NCBI GenBank assembly: GCA_041678665.1
Contig: JBAYNU010000002.1
Span: forward strand, 5,039-69,038
Reading direction: 5' to 3'
DNA from: Candidatus Magasanikiibacteriota bacterium
Lineage (GTDB): Bacteria > Patescibacteriota > Patescibacteriia > Magasanikbacterales > GWA2-37-8
Length of the DNA: 64,000 bases
Below are positions 9,836 through 19,164 of this stretch, in pieces. The position numbers and the translations under genes were made by a program. The notes under the pieces were generated by a model that saw nothing but the letters and a program-made list of their open reading frames with translations, was not told where the DNA came from and made no database searches. Every line of letters begins with the position of its first letter. Position 1 is the stretch's first letter.

Positions 9836-9850
9836 AAGAGATTTTCTTTG

Positions 9851-9875
9851 CCGCCCTTTTGATAGGGCGGTTTTT
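9851..9875 (+). terminator. Intrinsic terminator after greA
   Basis: ccgccct/agggcgg stem plus ttttt. Confidence 0.75.
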
Positions 9876-9978
9876 GTTGAAAAAAAATGTTATTTATGAT
9901 AGGATATAAAGAGAAGAGACATTTAAACTATTTAGAAATTAAAACAAATTTCATTGTTTTTTAGTATTTTTATAAAAT

Positions 9979-11436
9979 ATGGCTTATTTAAAAGAAGACG
10001 CCGTGCGCCTGCAACATTTAGAAAATTTACGCGCTCAAAAAATTAATGTTTTTCCGGCTAATGTTACTACCAAACAAACATTGGCTCAAGCAAAAGATAG
10101 TCCTGTTGGTGGCGCTGTTCAAGTTGTTGGACGGTTAATATCCAAAAGAGAAATGGGCAAGATAGCCTTCTCTCATCTTAAAGATTTTAGCGGTCGGCTA
10201 CAAGCTGTATTTTCAGAAAAGGAGTTAGGCAAAGAGCAGTACAAATTATATGCCAAAGATATCGATGTGGGTGACTTTGTTTCTGTTGAAGGAGAAAATT
10301 TTGTTACTAAGGCCGGGGAAATATCTATTTTAGTAAAAAAGTTTTTAATTATTGCCAAAGCTTTATTACCACTTCCGGAGAAGTTTCACGGCTTAAATGA
10401 TACTGAAATTCGTTACCGTCAGCGCTATTTAGATCTTCTGGCTAATGAAGAATCAATGCAGATTGCTAAAACCCGTAGTTTATTGGTGCGTGAAATTCGT
10501 AATTATTTTGACAATCATGGTTTTTTTGAAGTAGAAACGCCAATTTTACAAACTCTTTATGGTGGCGCCAACGCCCGGCCGTTTGTCACCCATCATAATG
10601 CGTTAGATATTAATTTATATCTGCGTATTGCCCCCGAATTATATTTAAAGCGTTTAATTGTGGGCGGGTTTGAAAAGGTTTATGAAATTGCCAAATGTTT
10701 TCGTAATGAAGGTATTGATCAAAATCATAATCCTGAATTTACTCAAATCGAATTCTATTGGGCCTACGCTAATTACACCCAATTAATGGATTTAATGGAA
10801 GATTTATTGCCTAGATTAATTACTGCTGTAGGATTACCTACAAAATTTAATTCTGACGGTCAAGAAGTTGATTTTACTCCGCCTTACCCACGCGTTACCA
10901 TGCGTGAAATTATTAAAAAATACGCCGGCATTGATATTGAAGATTATTCAGATCAAGCGAGCATGCTAAAAGTGGCTCAAAAATTGAAGGTGGATGGAGT
11001 TGATAAAACTACCGGAAGAGGAAAACTGATTGATGAAATTTACAAAGCTTATGCTCGACCCAAAATTGTCAATCCGATGTTTATGATTGACCATCCGGTA
11101 GAGTTGTCACCTTTGGCTAAAAAGAAAGCTGATAACCCTAATTACGTAGAACGAATGCAACTTTTATGTGTTGGCGGTAATGAATTATGCAATGCTTTTT
11201 CCGAGTTGAACGATCCAATTGATCAAGAAAATCGGTTTCAAGAGCAGGATCGTTTGGCCAAGGGAGGAGACCAAGAAAGTATGCCTTACGACGAAGATTT
11301 CATTATTGCCTTAAAGCACGGCATGCCGCCTACCGCTGGACTCGGGATGGGTATCGACCGGTTGGTTAAACTACTGGTGGGGGCGCAAAATTTAAAAGAA
11401 GTTATTCTTTTTCCTACTTTAAAACCAGAAAAATAG
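9979..11436 (+). CDS. lysS: Lysine--tRNA ligase (class II)
   Basis: RYRQRYLDL, LRIAPELYLKRL, FRNEG, GMPPTAGLGMGIDR. Confidence 0.98.
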   Translation: MAYLKEDAVRLQHLENLRAQKINVFPANVTTKQTLAQAKDSPVGGAVQVVGRLISKREMGKIAFSHLKDFSGRLQAVFSEKELGKEQYKLYAKDIDVGDFVSVEGENFVTKAGEISILVKKFLIIAKALLPLPEKFHGLNDTEIRYRQRYLDLLANEESMQIAKTRSLLVREIRNYFDNHGFFEVETPILQTLYGGANARPFVTHHNALDINLYLRIAPELYLKRLIVGGFEKVYEIAKCFRNEGIDQNHNPEFTQIEFYWAYANYTQLMDLMEDLLPRLITAVGLPTKFNSDGQEVDFTPPYPRVTMREIIKKYAGIDIEDYSDQASMLKVAQKLKVDGVDKTTGRGKLIDEIYKAYARPKIVNPMFMIDHPVELSPLAKKKADNPNYVERMQLLCVGGNELCNAFSELNDPIDQENRFQEQDRLAKGGDQESMPYDEDFIIALKHGMPPTAGLGMGIDRLVKLLVGAQNLKEVILFPTLKPEK

Positions 11437-11488
11437 CGTGCTCTCAGAATACGATGGCTGACGAGCGATTGTAAAAAAGTAAATTATT

Positions 11489-11881
11489 ATGACTAAAGTA
11501 ATGGTGTTTGGCACTTTTGATATTATTCATCCTGGACATATTCACATGTTTAAAGAAGCCAAACAGTATGGTGATTATTTGGTGATAGCGGTGGCACGCG
11601 ATCAAACCGTCTGTGATATAAAAGGAAAAACCCCCAAATATAACGAGAATATTCGCTTGCAAAATGTGTTAGAATTACACTTGGCCGATAAAGTTCGCCT
11701 GGGTTGTTTAGAAGATAAGTATCAGGCCATTCGTGAGGAAGACCCGGATATAATTGCTTTGGGGTATGATCAAAAAGCGTTTGTGGATAATTTGGCATTG
11801 GTGATTCGTCCTGATGCCAAAATTGTGCGTTTGCAACCGTATTTACCGGAAATTTATAAAAGTTCCAAAATGATTAAATAG
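11489..11881 (+). CDS. Cytidylyltransferase-family / RibL-type FAD synthase
   Basis: GTFDIIHPGH, VARD, PDIIALGYDQ, KSS. Confidence 0.8.
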   Translation: MTKVMVFGTFDIIHPGHIHMFKEAKQYGDYLVIAVARDQTVCDIKGKTPKYNENIRLQNVLELHLADKVRLGCLEDKYQAIREEDPDIIALGYDQKAFVDNLALVIRPDAKIVRLQPYLPEIYKSSKMIK

Positions 11882-11886
11882 TAATT

Positions 11887-12912
11887 ATGCAAAGGATCCT
11901 TATTGCTACCACTAATCTCGGTAAGTTTAATGAAATCATTTCTGAATTTGCGGATTTACCCTTTAAATTTGTAAGTTTGCGAGATTTAAAAATGGACAAA
12001 ATTGATTTGGTCGAACCTTATCAGACTCTTTGGGAAAATGCTATATATAAAGCTAAATTTTTTGGCAAAAAAAGCGGATTGGTAACCATTGCGGAGGATA
12101 CGGGGTTTTTTATTAAAGCTCTAAATGGTAGTCCGGGTATCGCACCCAAACGATTTGCTGCCACCGAAGAAGAAAGAATTAATAAAGTCCTCAAAATTTT
12201 ACGCGGTATTCCCCAAAACAAACGCCAAGCATATTTTCAGACCGAAGCTTGTTTGTATGATCCCAAAAGCGACAGCTTTACAATTTTTACCGGTAAAGTT
12301 AGTGGCCTAATAACCGAAAAAGTTTTTGGAAAAGCCAGTCCGGGGTTAGATTATGATGCCATTTTTTATTATCCGCCCTTTAAACAAGTTTTCGCCAAAA
12401 TATCGTCAGAGCAAAAAAATTTAGTTAGCCACCGCGGTCAAGTAGTTCATCAAATAAAATATTTTTTAGTTAAAAATTATGCTTTGCGTCATATTGTGGT
12501 GGCAGTGGGAATATTGGTTAAAGATAAAAAAATGCTCATCACCAAACGCCGTGATTCTCGACCGCAATTTAACAATCGTTGGGAATTTCCCGGTGGGGCG
12601 GTGGATGACGGTGAAAATTTAGAGTCTTGTCTTAAGCGCGAAATCAAAGAAGAGACCGGTTATCAAATAAAAATTTTAAAACAACTTCCTGACTTAATAG
12701 TGCGTTCGGAAAGTAAATATGGCTACCAAGTTTTTCTATGTGTTTTTATCGCCGCACCCATTTCCGGCAGGTTGCAAATTTCAGCCAACGAAAATACCGC
12801 TTCGCAGTGGGTATCGTTACAACAATGTTTAAAAAAGAAATTTTTACCACTTAATAAAATGTTTATTAAGAAAAATTTTAATATTTTAAAAGAGTATGTT
12901 AAAATAAAATGA
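11887..12912 (+). CDS. RdgB/HAM1 non-canonical purine NTP pyrophosphatase fused to a MutT-like Nudix domain
   Basis: ATTNLGK, ENA..KA, EDTG, SHR; WEFPGGAVDDGE...REIKEETG. Confidence 0.88.
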   Translation: MQRILIATTNLGKFNEIISEFADLPFKFVSLRDLKMDKIDLVEPYQTLWENAIYKAKFFGKKSGLVTIAEDTGFFIKALNGSPGIAPKRFAATEEERINKVLKILRGIPQNKRQAYFQTEACLYDPKSDSFTIFTGKVSGLITEKVFGKASPGLDYDAIFYYPPFKQVFAKISSEQKNLVSHRGQVVHQIKYFLVKNYALRHIVVAVGILVKDKKMLITKRRDSRPQFNNRWEFPGGAVDDGENLESCLKREIKEETGYQIKILKQLPDLIVRSESKYGYQVFLCVFIAAPISGRLQISANENTASQWVSLQQCLKKKFLPLNKMFIKKNFNILKEYVKIK

Positions 12913-12913
12913 T

Positions 12914-14167
12914 ATGTTAGATATTAAATTCATCAAAGAAAATTTATCATTAGTAAAAACCAATTGTCAAAATCGTGGCGTCCAAGTGGATGTCGAAAAA
13001 ATATTGGAATTGGATGGTCGCCGTCGAGAAATTTTGAAATTAGCAGAAATTTTACGGGCACAGCGCAAGCAAACTTCCAAAAGCAAGCCGAGTGAAGAGG
13101 AAATAATTAGAATGCGCGCCATTGGCGACGATATTAAAAAGCACGAGGCAATTTTAGCCGGGGTTGAAAGTGAGCTTAATGAATTAATGCTTAAAGTGCC
13201 CAATTTAACTCATCCTGACAGTCCGATCGGGGGAGAGGAGGATTTCAGAGTTGTTTACCAGAATAAAGCCCCGAAATCCTTTAAATTTACGCCTACAGAT
13301 CATGAAACTTTATTGCTAAAAAACGACTTAATAGACGGCGAACGTGGCACCAAAGTATCAGGGGCGAAATTTTTCTTCTATAAAAATAATTTGGTACGAA
13401 TGAATCGAGCGCTAATTAATTATGGCATTGACATCGTAACAAAACGCGGCTATATGCTTATGGAAACGCCGGATGTAGCTAAAGATTTAATTTTGACTGG
13501 CGTGGGATTTAACCCACGCGGACCAGAGACGCAAATTTATTCCGTAGAAAATAGCGACTTGAGCTTGGTCGGCACGGCCGAAATTACTATGGGGGGTTAT
13601 CACGCCGGTGAAATTTTGGATCTATCCAAAGGTGCCAAAAAATATGTAGCCCTATCACATTGTTTTCGTACCGAAGCCGGCGCTTATGGCCGAGAAAGCA
13701 AGGGGCTATATCGTGTTCACCAATTCACCAAATTAGAAATGTTTGTATTTTGTAAACCGGAAGAAAGCGAAAAATATCACCAAGAAATTTTAGATATTGA
13801 AAAAGAAATTTCTGATGGTCTAGGGTTATTTTATCGTGTAATTGACATTCCAACCGGTGATTTAGGTGGTCCGGCTTATCGTAAATATGATATTGAAGGT
13901 TGGATGGTAATGAAAGGAGAAAGGGGGTCGCAAGGCGGATTTGGAGAAATCACTAGCTGTAGCAATTGTACCGGCTACCAAGCGCGCCGGCTTAACATTC
14001 GCTACCGCAAAGATGACGGATCGACTGATTTTGTTCATACCTTAAATGGAACGGCAGTCAACAATAGTCGTTGGCCATTAATTATCGTTGAAACTTATCA
14101 AAATGAGGATGGCACAATTTCCGTGCCCAAAGTCCTACAAAAATATTGTCACCTAAAAAAATTATGA
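12914..14167 (+). CDS. serS: Serine--tRNA ligase
   Basis: MLDIK, GTAE, FRTEAG, GLYRVHQFTK, EITSCSNC, HTLNGT. Confidence 0.98.
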   Translation: MLDIKFIKENLSLVKTNCQNRGVQVDVEKILELDGRRREILKLAEILRAQRKQTSKSKPSEEEIIRMRAIGDDIKKHEAILAGVESELNELMLKVPNLTHPDSPIGGEEDFRVVYQNKAPKSFKFTPTDHETLLLKNDLIDGERGTKVSGAKFFFYKNNLVRMNRALINYGIDIVTKRGYMLMETPDVAKDLILTGVGFNPRGPETQIYSVENSDLSLVGTAEITMGGYHAGEILDLSKGAKKYVALSHCFRTEAGAYGRESKGLYRVHQFTKLEMFVFCKPEESEKYHQEILDIEKEISDGLGLFYRVIDIPTGDLGGPAYRKYDIEGWMVMKGERGSQGGFGEITSCSNCTGYQARRLNIRYRKDDGSTDFVHTLNGTAVNNSRWPLIIVETYQNEDGTISVPKVLQKYCHLKKL

Positions 14168-14595
14168 TTAAACAATTGACATCTAAACAATTCAAACAAA
14201 TATTTAGTGCTGTTCCACGATTATGTGTTGAGGTGATTATTCAAAGTAACAAAGGAGTAATTCTGACCAAAAGAACCATACCTCCGGCCATAGGTTTTTG
14301 GCATGTACCTGGAGGTACAGTATTAAAAGGTGAGAAATTGGAAGCCGCTGTCGTACGGGTGGCCAAAAGCGAGCTTGGATTAAAAGTAAAAGTCATTAAA
14401 TTTTTGGGGGTTATACAATACTCATTCAAAAATTATTTTGGCTCTCCCGTGGGCTTGGCATATTCTGTAAAAATTATTGGCGGAAAATTTAATTTCGATA
14501 AAAAAGTCGCCAGTGACGCTAAATTTTTCAAAAAATTACCCAACAATACTATTCCAGAGCAAAAAAAGTTTATTACTAAACATATCAAGCTGTAA
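14164..14595 (+). CDS. Nudix hydrolase (GDP-mannose hydrolase-like)
   Basis: PRLCVE, WHVPGGTVLKGE...ELG; ATGA overlap with serS stop. Confidence 0.75.
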   Translation: MIKQLTSKQFKQIFSAVPRLCVEVIIQSNKGVILTKRTIPPAIGFWHVPGGTVLKGEKLEAAVVRVAKSELGLKVKVIKFLGVIQYSFKNYFGSPVGLAYSVKIIGGKFNFDKKVASDAKFFKKLPNNTIPEQKKFITKHIKL

Positions 14596-14596
14596 T

Positions 14597-15712
14597 ATGC
14601 TCTCATGGGTAGAAATTGATTCTAAAGCTATCAAATACAACCTAAAACAATTCCGGCGCCTGATCGGACCCAAGGTGCTTTTAATGCCGGTGATAAAAGC
14701 CAATGCCTACGGGCATGGATTTTTAGAAATTGCCAAAATATGCGCAGAAAATAAGGATGTGGATAGAATTTGCGTGGTCAATTTAGACGAAGCGGTGGAG
14801 CTAATAAAAAATAAAATTAAAAAATCAATTCAAATTTTAAGTTTTTATGAATTAGATAATAAAAAAATTTATCTGGCCGTAAAACACAATGTTATTTTTC
14901 CGGTTTACGATATTACCCAAGTAAAATTTTTGGATCGAGTAGGGGAAAGGTTAGAAAAAAACATAAAAGTTCACATTAAAGTGGATACTGGGGCCGCTCG
15001 GTTAGGCATATTACCTAAACAAGTAATAGATTTCGTTAAAAAAATAACTAAATTTAAAAACATAAAAATAGAAGGAATTTTTAGCCACTTTGCTTCCAGC
15101 GAAGATGATAAAATTTATACCGAACACCAGTTAAATATTTTTAATAAAATCACTGAGAAGCTTAAGCAAGATGGTATAAACATACCTATTAAACACTTTG
15201 CTTGTTCAGCTGCTGGTATTTTGTATGCGCAGAGTCGTTTTAACGCTATCCGAATAGGTGTAAGCATGTATGGGTTATACCCCGACGAGCTATCTCGCAA
15301 AAAATTGCATCTTAAGCCGGCCTTATCTTGGTTTACCACCATAATACAAATCAAAACCGTTCCCGCTTGGACGAAAATTGGCTACGGCGGCTCTTTTACT
15401 ACCAAAAAAATTACTAAATTAGCAATTATTCCAGTTGGATATTGGGACGGTTACGATCGTCGTTTGTCCAATAATTCCGAAGTAATAATTAAAGGCAAAA
15501 AATGTCCGGTGCGGGGTAGGATTTGCATGAACTTAACCATAATAGATGTTTCGGCTGTAAAAAATATTAAGATAGGGGAAAGAGTAATATTAATTGGTGG
15601 CAAAAAAAATTGCTCTATAACCGTCGATGATATTGCCCATCATGCCACCACCATTAATTACGAGGTGGTTGATCGTATCAACCCACTGCTTATTAGAGTA
15701 ATAAAAAAATGA
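14597..15712 (+). CDS. alr: Alanine racemase
   Basis: VIKANAYGHG PLP lysine, HIKVDTG, IGYG, GRICM. Confidence 0.96.
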   Translation: MLSWVEIDSKAIKYNLKQFRRLIGPKVLLMPVIKANAYGHGFLEIAKICAENKDVDRICVVNLDEAVELIKNKIKKSIQILSFYELDNKKIYLAVKHNVIFPVYDITQVKFLDRVGERLEKNIKVHIKVDTGAARLGILPKQVIDFVKKITKFKNIKIEGIFSHFASSEDDKIYTEHQLNIFNKITEKLKQDGINIPIKHFACSAAGILYAQSRFNAIRIGVSMYGLYPDELSRKKLHLKPALSWFTTIIQIKTVPAWTKIGYGGSFTTKKITKLAIIPVGYWDGYDRRLSNNSEVIIKGKKCPVRGRICMNLTIIDVSAVKNIKIGERVILIGGKKNCSITVDDIAHHATTINYEVVDRINPLLIRVIKK

Positions 15713-16764
15713 GATATTTTCGTTCACAAGGAGTCCATCGGCAATTCGCCCCTTACCAGAGTAGTTGGCGTCGGTTTTTGAATAATCTACGCAAAAGAAA
15801 CAGAGTGGGCGCTGTGCCACAAAATGAAACCCGCACCAGACGTAATCCCTTTCGCCCAGCAGCCAAACGATCGTCTGTTGGTTCTAGAATAAAATTATCT
15901 ATTTTCTTAGCTTTAATTATATTTATAGGTTGGATAAGCGTGTTGGTTTATTTACCTTATTTTACTATCAACAAAGTAGAATTTAGCGGATTAAAAATAA
16001 TAAAACAATCAGAAATTGAGCAGGTTATGAAAGACGAATTTTTAAGCCCGAATAAATATTGGCCACGTAGTAACTATTTCATTTTACGCAACAAAAAAGT
16101 AGCCGCCGTTTTATCTCAGCATTATTCACTAAGTTCTGTTAACGTTACAAAAATTTTCCCTAATCAATTGAATATTTACTTGGAAGAAAAAATCTCCACT
16201 GTTATTTATGATAATGGTAAAGAATACGTAATGTTAGATCAAGAGGGGGGGATAATTAAGTACCTAACCAAAGTAGAAGATGATGAAATAATAAGCCGAA
16301 ATGTGGAATTAAATGCAAGCACAACTCCATTAGCTACTTCGTCAAATTTTAATTCAATTGCGTTAGATTCTGCGACCGCATCATCATCGCCGCCAGTTAT
16401 TGAGCTTGTACACATTCCTAATTATAAAAAAATAAAAAGTGAATTTGGGTCATATCCAATAATTTATGATACCCTGTCCGTTAGCAACCCTAGTTCCACG
16501 ATAGTTTTGCCTCCAGAGGTGATTGCGGGAGTAATAAATTTCTACACTCAAATTGAGAAGCAGGGGATAGGCCAGATTAAGTATATTATTAAAAGCAATC
16601 TGTTAGCTGGCATGCTGGCGAAGACAGATAAAAAATGGGATATTTATTTTAAACCCACCCAAAGTATTTCTGAGCAGATTAATAATCTTAAACTGATATT
16701 ACGCGAAAATAAACCCACTGCCTATATTGATCTACGTTACGGGGGGAGAGTGTATTGGAAGTAG
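15709..16764 (+). CDS. FtsQ/DivIB-like bitopic membrane protein
   Basis: Basic N-terminus, one TM, POTRA-like FTINKVEFSG...KIFPNQLNIYLEE, C-terminal YIDLRY. Confidence 0.65.
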   Translation: MRYFRSQGVHRQFAPYQSSWRRFLNNLRKRNRVGAVPQNETRTRRNPFRPAAKRSSVGSRIKLSIFLALIIFIGWISVLVYLPYFTINKVEFSGLKIIKQSEIEQVMKDEFLSPNKYWPRSNYFILRNKKVAAVLSQHYSLSSVNVTKIFPNQLNIYLEEKISTVIYDNGKEYVMLDQEGGIIKYLTKVEDDEIISRNVELNASTTPLATSSNFNSIALDSATASSSPPVIELVHIPNYKKIKSEFGSYPIIYDTLSVSNPSSTIVLPPEVIAGVINFYTQIEKQGIGQIKYIIKSNLLAGMLAKTDKKWDIYFKPTQSISEQINNLKLILRENKPTAYIDLRYGGRVYWK

Positions 16765-16775
16765 TGGTATAAGAT

Positions 16776-16804
16776 TTGACATAGTATTAAGGGTAATATA
16801 TAAT
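16776..16804 (+). promoter_or_regulatory. Consensus sigma70 promoter of the xer gene
   Basis: TTGACA 16776-16781, 17 nt, TATAAT 16799-16804. Confidence 0.75.
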
Positions 16805-16830
16805 TGAGTATAATAACTCTTACACTCAAT
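16803..16830. other. dif-like recombination site (11-6-11)
   Basis: attgagtataa-taactc-ttacactcaat; inverted arms with 1 mismatch, 6-bp core, directly upstream of a Xer gene. Confidence 0.6.
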
Positions 16831-16873
16831 TATAGTACTCAAGAATTAAGTCAAAATAGTATTTTTACCAGCT

Positions 16874-17815
16874 ATGCACAGATTACCCTATCAGGACGAC
16901 TTTATTTTAAACCTGCGAGCAAACAACTTTTCCGAAGAAACCGCCTATAATTACGAGCGTGATTTGAATACTTTTGAATCTTTTCTTAATAACGATGTTA
17001 AAAAACCGTTTGAGGATGCTACCAAAACCGATATTTTGCGTTTCAAGGCCTATCTATCTTCCACTGACCGCAAAACTGCCACTGAACATCGTTCTAAACA
17101 AAAGCTAGGTAGTTTTTCTATCAACCGTATTTTATCGGCTCTGCGATCGTATCTAAAATTTTTAGAAGATATGGATCGTAAACCGCCCGTATCTTCGGCT
17201 ACGGTCAAATTATTAAAAACCGAGAAAAAGAACGCTCGAGTGCCAGAATTTGAGGAAATTATAAAAATAATCGAAGCGCCAACTAAGTATGAGGACGATG
17301 AAAAAGTCGCCCTACGTAATCGCGCCATGCTTGAGACACTTTTTGCTACCGGTATGCGCATTTCGGAGCTTTTATCGCTTCGGGTGCGTCAAATTGACCA
17401 AACCGGACGGGTATATATCATGGGAAAAGGGAAAAAACAACGATTTGCGTATCTCACTCCACGCGCTTTAGCCCATGTAAAAAATTATATCATCAAGCGC
17501 AACAGCACTTCGGAAATGTTATTTGTTCCCTACCGCGGACGAAATAGTCAAGAAAAGGACAAAAAAATCTCCGCCAATTATTTACAATTCAAAATAAAAC
17601 GTTACCGAGAATTGTTGGATGTAAATATTCCGGTGAGCGCACATACTTTACGCCATGCCTTTGCCACTTTTATGGCAGAAAAAGGCGCCAATCCGGCCGC
17701 TATTCAAATTTTGCTTGGTCACGAGTCTTTGGATACCACCACGCGCTATGTTCATGCTTCCGACAGATACGCGGAAAAAACTCACCACGAATTTCATCCA
17801 TTATTTAATAAATAA
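16874..17815 (+). CDS. XerC/D-family tyrosine recombinase
   Basis: TGMRISE (R), GKGKK (K), HTLRH (HxxR), LLGH, TTRY; N-terminal core-binding domain. Confidence 0.93.
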   Translation: MHRLPYQDDFILNLRANNFSEETAYNYERDLNTFESFLNNDVKKPFEDATKTDILRFKAYLSSTDRKTATEHRSKQKLGSFSINRILSALRSYLKFLEDMDRKPPVSSATVKLLKTEKKNARVPEFEEIIKIIEAPTKYEDDEKVALRNRAMLETLFATGMRISELLSLRVRQIDQTGRVYIMGKGKKQRFAYLTPRALAHVKNYIIKRNSTSEMLFVPYRGRNSQEKDKKISANYLQFKIKRYRELLDVNIPVSAHTLRHAFATFMAEKGANPAAIQILLGHESLDTTTRYVHASDRYAEKTHHEFHPLFNK

Positions 17816-17855
17816 AAACAAAATTTGTAAAAAATTATCTTATAAAATATACTAT

Positions 17856-18120
17856 CCGGTGAAATAAGAAAGGGTGGTAGATTCTATGAATGACAAAAAC
17901 CTGACCGAAAAAGGTCAGGACATGTTGCAAATCGCCTATCTTACAACAACCCGTCGCAACCCGTGGCCCGGAAGCTGGCGGGGTAGCAAACCAATGGGAG
18001 GGCGGTATCTCTTTGATCCGCCATCACCCAAACGCTCGCCCCCCGTCAAATCAAACAATGGAGGAACAACCAATTTCGAAGGAGAGGAATAAATTCAAGT
18101 GGGTACACAGATTTCACCGG
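17856..18120 (+). ncRNA. Candidate multi-hairpin structured RNA (alternatively a 68-aa ORF at 17886-18092)
   Basis: Promoter TTGTAA-17-TATACT (17825-17853); four consecutive hairpins; ends ccggtgaaat/atttcaccgg are complementary. Confidence 0.4.
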
Positions 18121-18138
18121 CTGTTTACCCACTTTTTT
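18097..18138 (+). terminator. Intrinsic terminator, convergent with ddl
   Basis: aagtgggta/tacccactt stem plus a T run. Confidence 0.7.
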
Positions 18139-18141
18139 ATT

Positions 18142-19122
18142 TTACAAACTCGCTTTTATAATTAAATCAAGCATCTCCGTAAAGTTAATCCCCGCCTTAC
18201 TAGCCGCCTCGGGAAATAAAGATGTTTGGGTCATGCCAGGGATGGTATTTGTTTCTAAAATATACAGATTGCCATCATCGGCTACAAAAACATCAGTTCG
18301 CGACATACCGCGACAGCCGAGCGCAATATGACATTTGATAGCTAACTCTTGGATAGCGTGATTAATTTCGTGAGGAAAATCCGCCGGACAAACATGAGTT
18401 GAGCCCCCGGCGGCATATTTTGACTTGTAATCGTAGAATTCTCCTAAGTTGGGCAGAATATGCGTTGGTGGCAGGGGTATCAACTTACCTTCTTTTTCAA
18501 TCACACCACAAGTTGCCTCTTGACCACGGATAAATTTCTGCATCATGAGCCACGAGTGCTGCTTGATGGTTTTCTCAATGGCCTTAATCATCTCTATTTC
18601 GGTTTTAACAATACTGACTCCCACAGCCGATCCTTGATCAACCGGTTTGACTACGCATGGCAATCCGATTCTTTTTTTGGCATCAGACAAAATCTTTTCT
18701 CGGGATTCTTTCCAATTGCGTTTTTTGAAGTGGATAAACTGAGGAAATGGTAAACCATTAGCAAAATATATTTGATTGGCAAAAACTTTGTTCATGGCTA
18801 GGGCGCTCGACATAACTCCGCATCCGGTATATTTAACCCCCAAAGCCTCAAGTAATCCCTGTACTCCCCCATCTTCGCCAAAAGTTCCATGTAAAGCAAT
18901 AAAAACAATATTTATTTTTTTACTTAGATCATACAAATTTAGCAGCTTACGTTTTTTATTTTTTAATAAATAAAATTTGTGATCTTTTCCCATTTCTATA
19001 GATAAAATGTTATACTTTTCTTTGTTTAAATTGTCACAAATCGCCTTGCCGGTAATCAAAGATATCGCTCGTTCAACTGACGCCCCGCCCATTATTATTG
19101 CAACTCTTAATTTTTTAGGCAT
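18142..19122 (-). CDS. ddl: D-alanine--D-alanine ligase
   Basis: GGASVER, LHGTFGEDG, GSAVG, FYDYKSKY, ETNTIPGMT. Confidence 0.96.
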   Translation of the reverse strand: MPKKLRVAIIMGGASVERAISLITGKAICDNLNKEKYNILSIEMGKDHKFYLLKNKKRKLLNLYDLSKKINIVFIALHGTFGEDGGVQGLLEALGVKYTGCGVMSSALAMNKVFANQIYFANGLPFPQFIHFKKRNWKESREKILSDAKKRIGLPCVVKPVDQGSAVGVSIVKTEIEMIKAIEKTIKQHSWLMMQKFIRGQEATCGVIEKEGKLIPLPPTHILPNLGEFYDYKSKYAAGGSTHVCPADFPHEINHAIQELAIKCHIALGCRGMSRTDVFVADDGNLYILETNTIPGMTQTSLFPEAASKAGINFTEMLDLIIKASL

Positions 19123-19164
19123 AAAATTTAATTAAGTTACTACATCACTTTTTGTTATTACCCG

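Noticed and set aside
9253-14167. Alternative genetic code (TGA=Gly, as in some CPR lineages)
   Set aside because: TGA ends several intact genes at the expected lengths (GT4, RdgB-Nudix, serS), so code 11 applies.
16874-18140. Prophage or integrative element around the tyrosine recombinase
   Set aside because: No phage or conjugation genes, no flanking att repeats or tRNA target; the neighbours are housekeeping genes.
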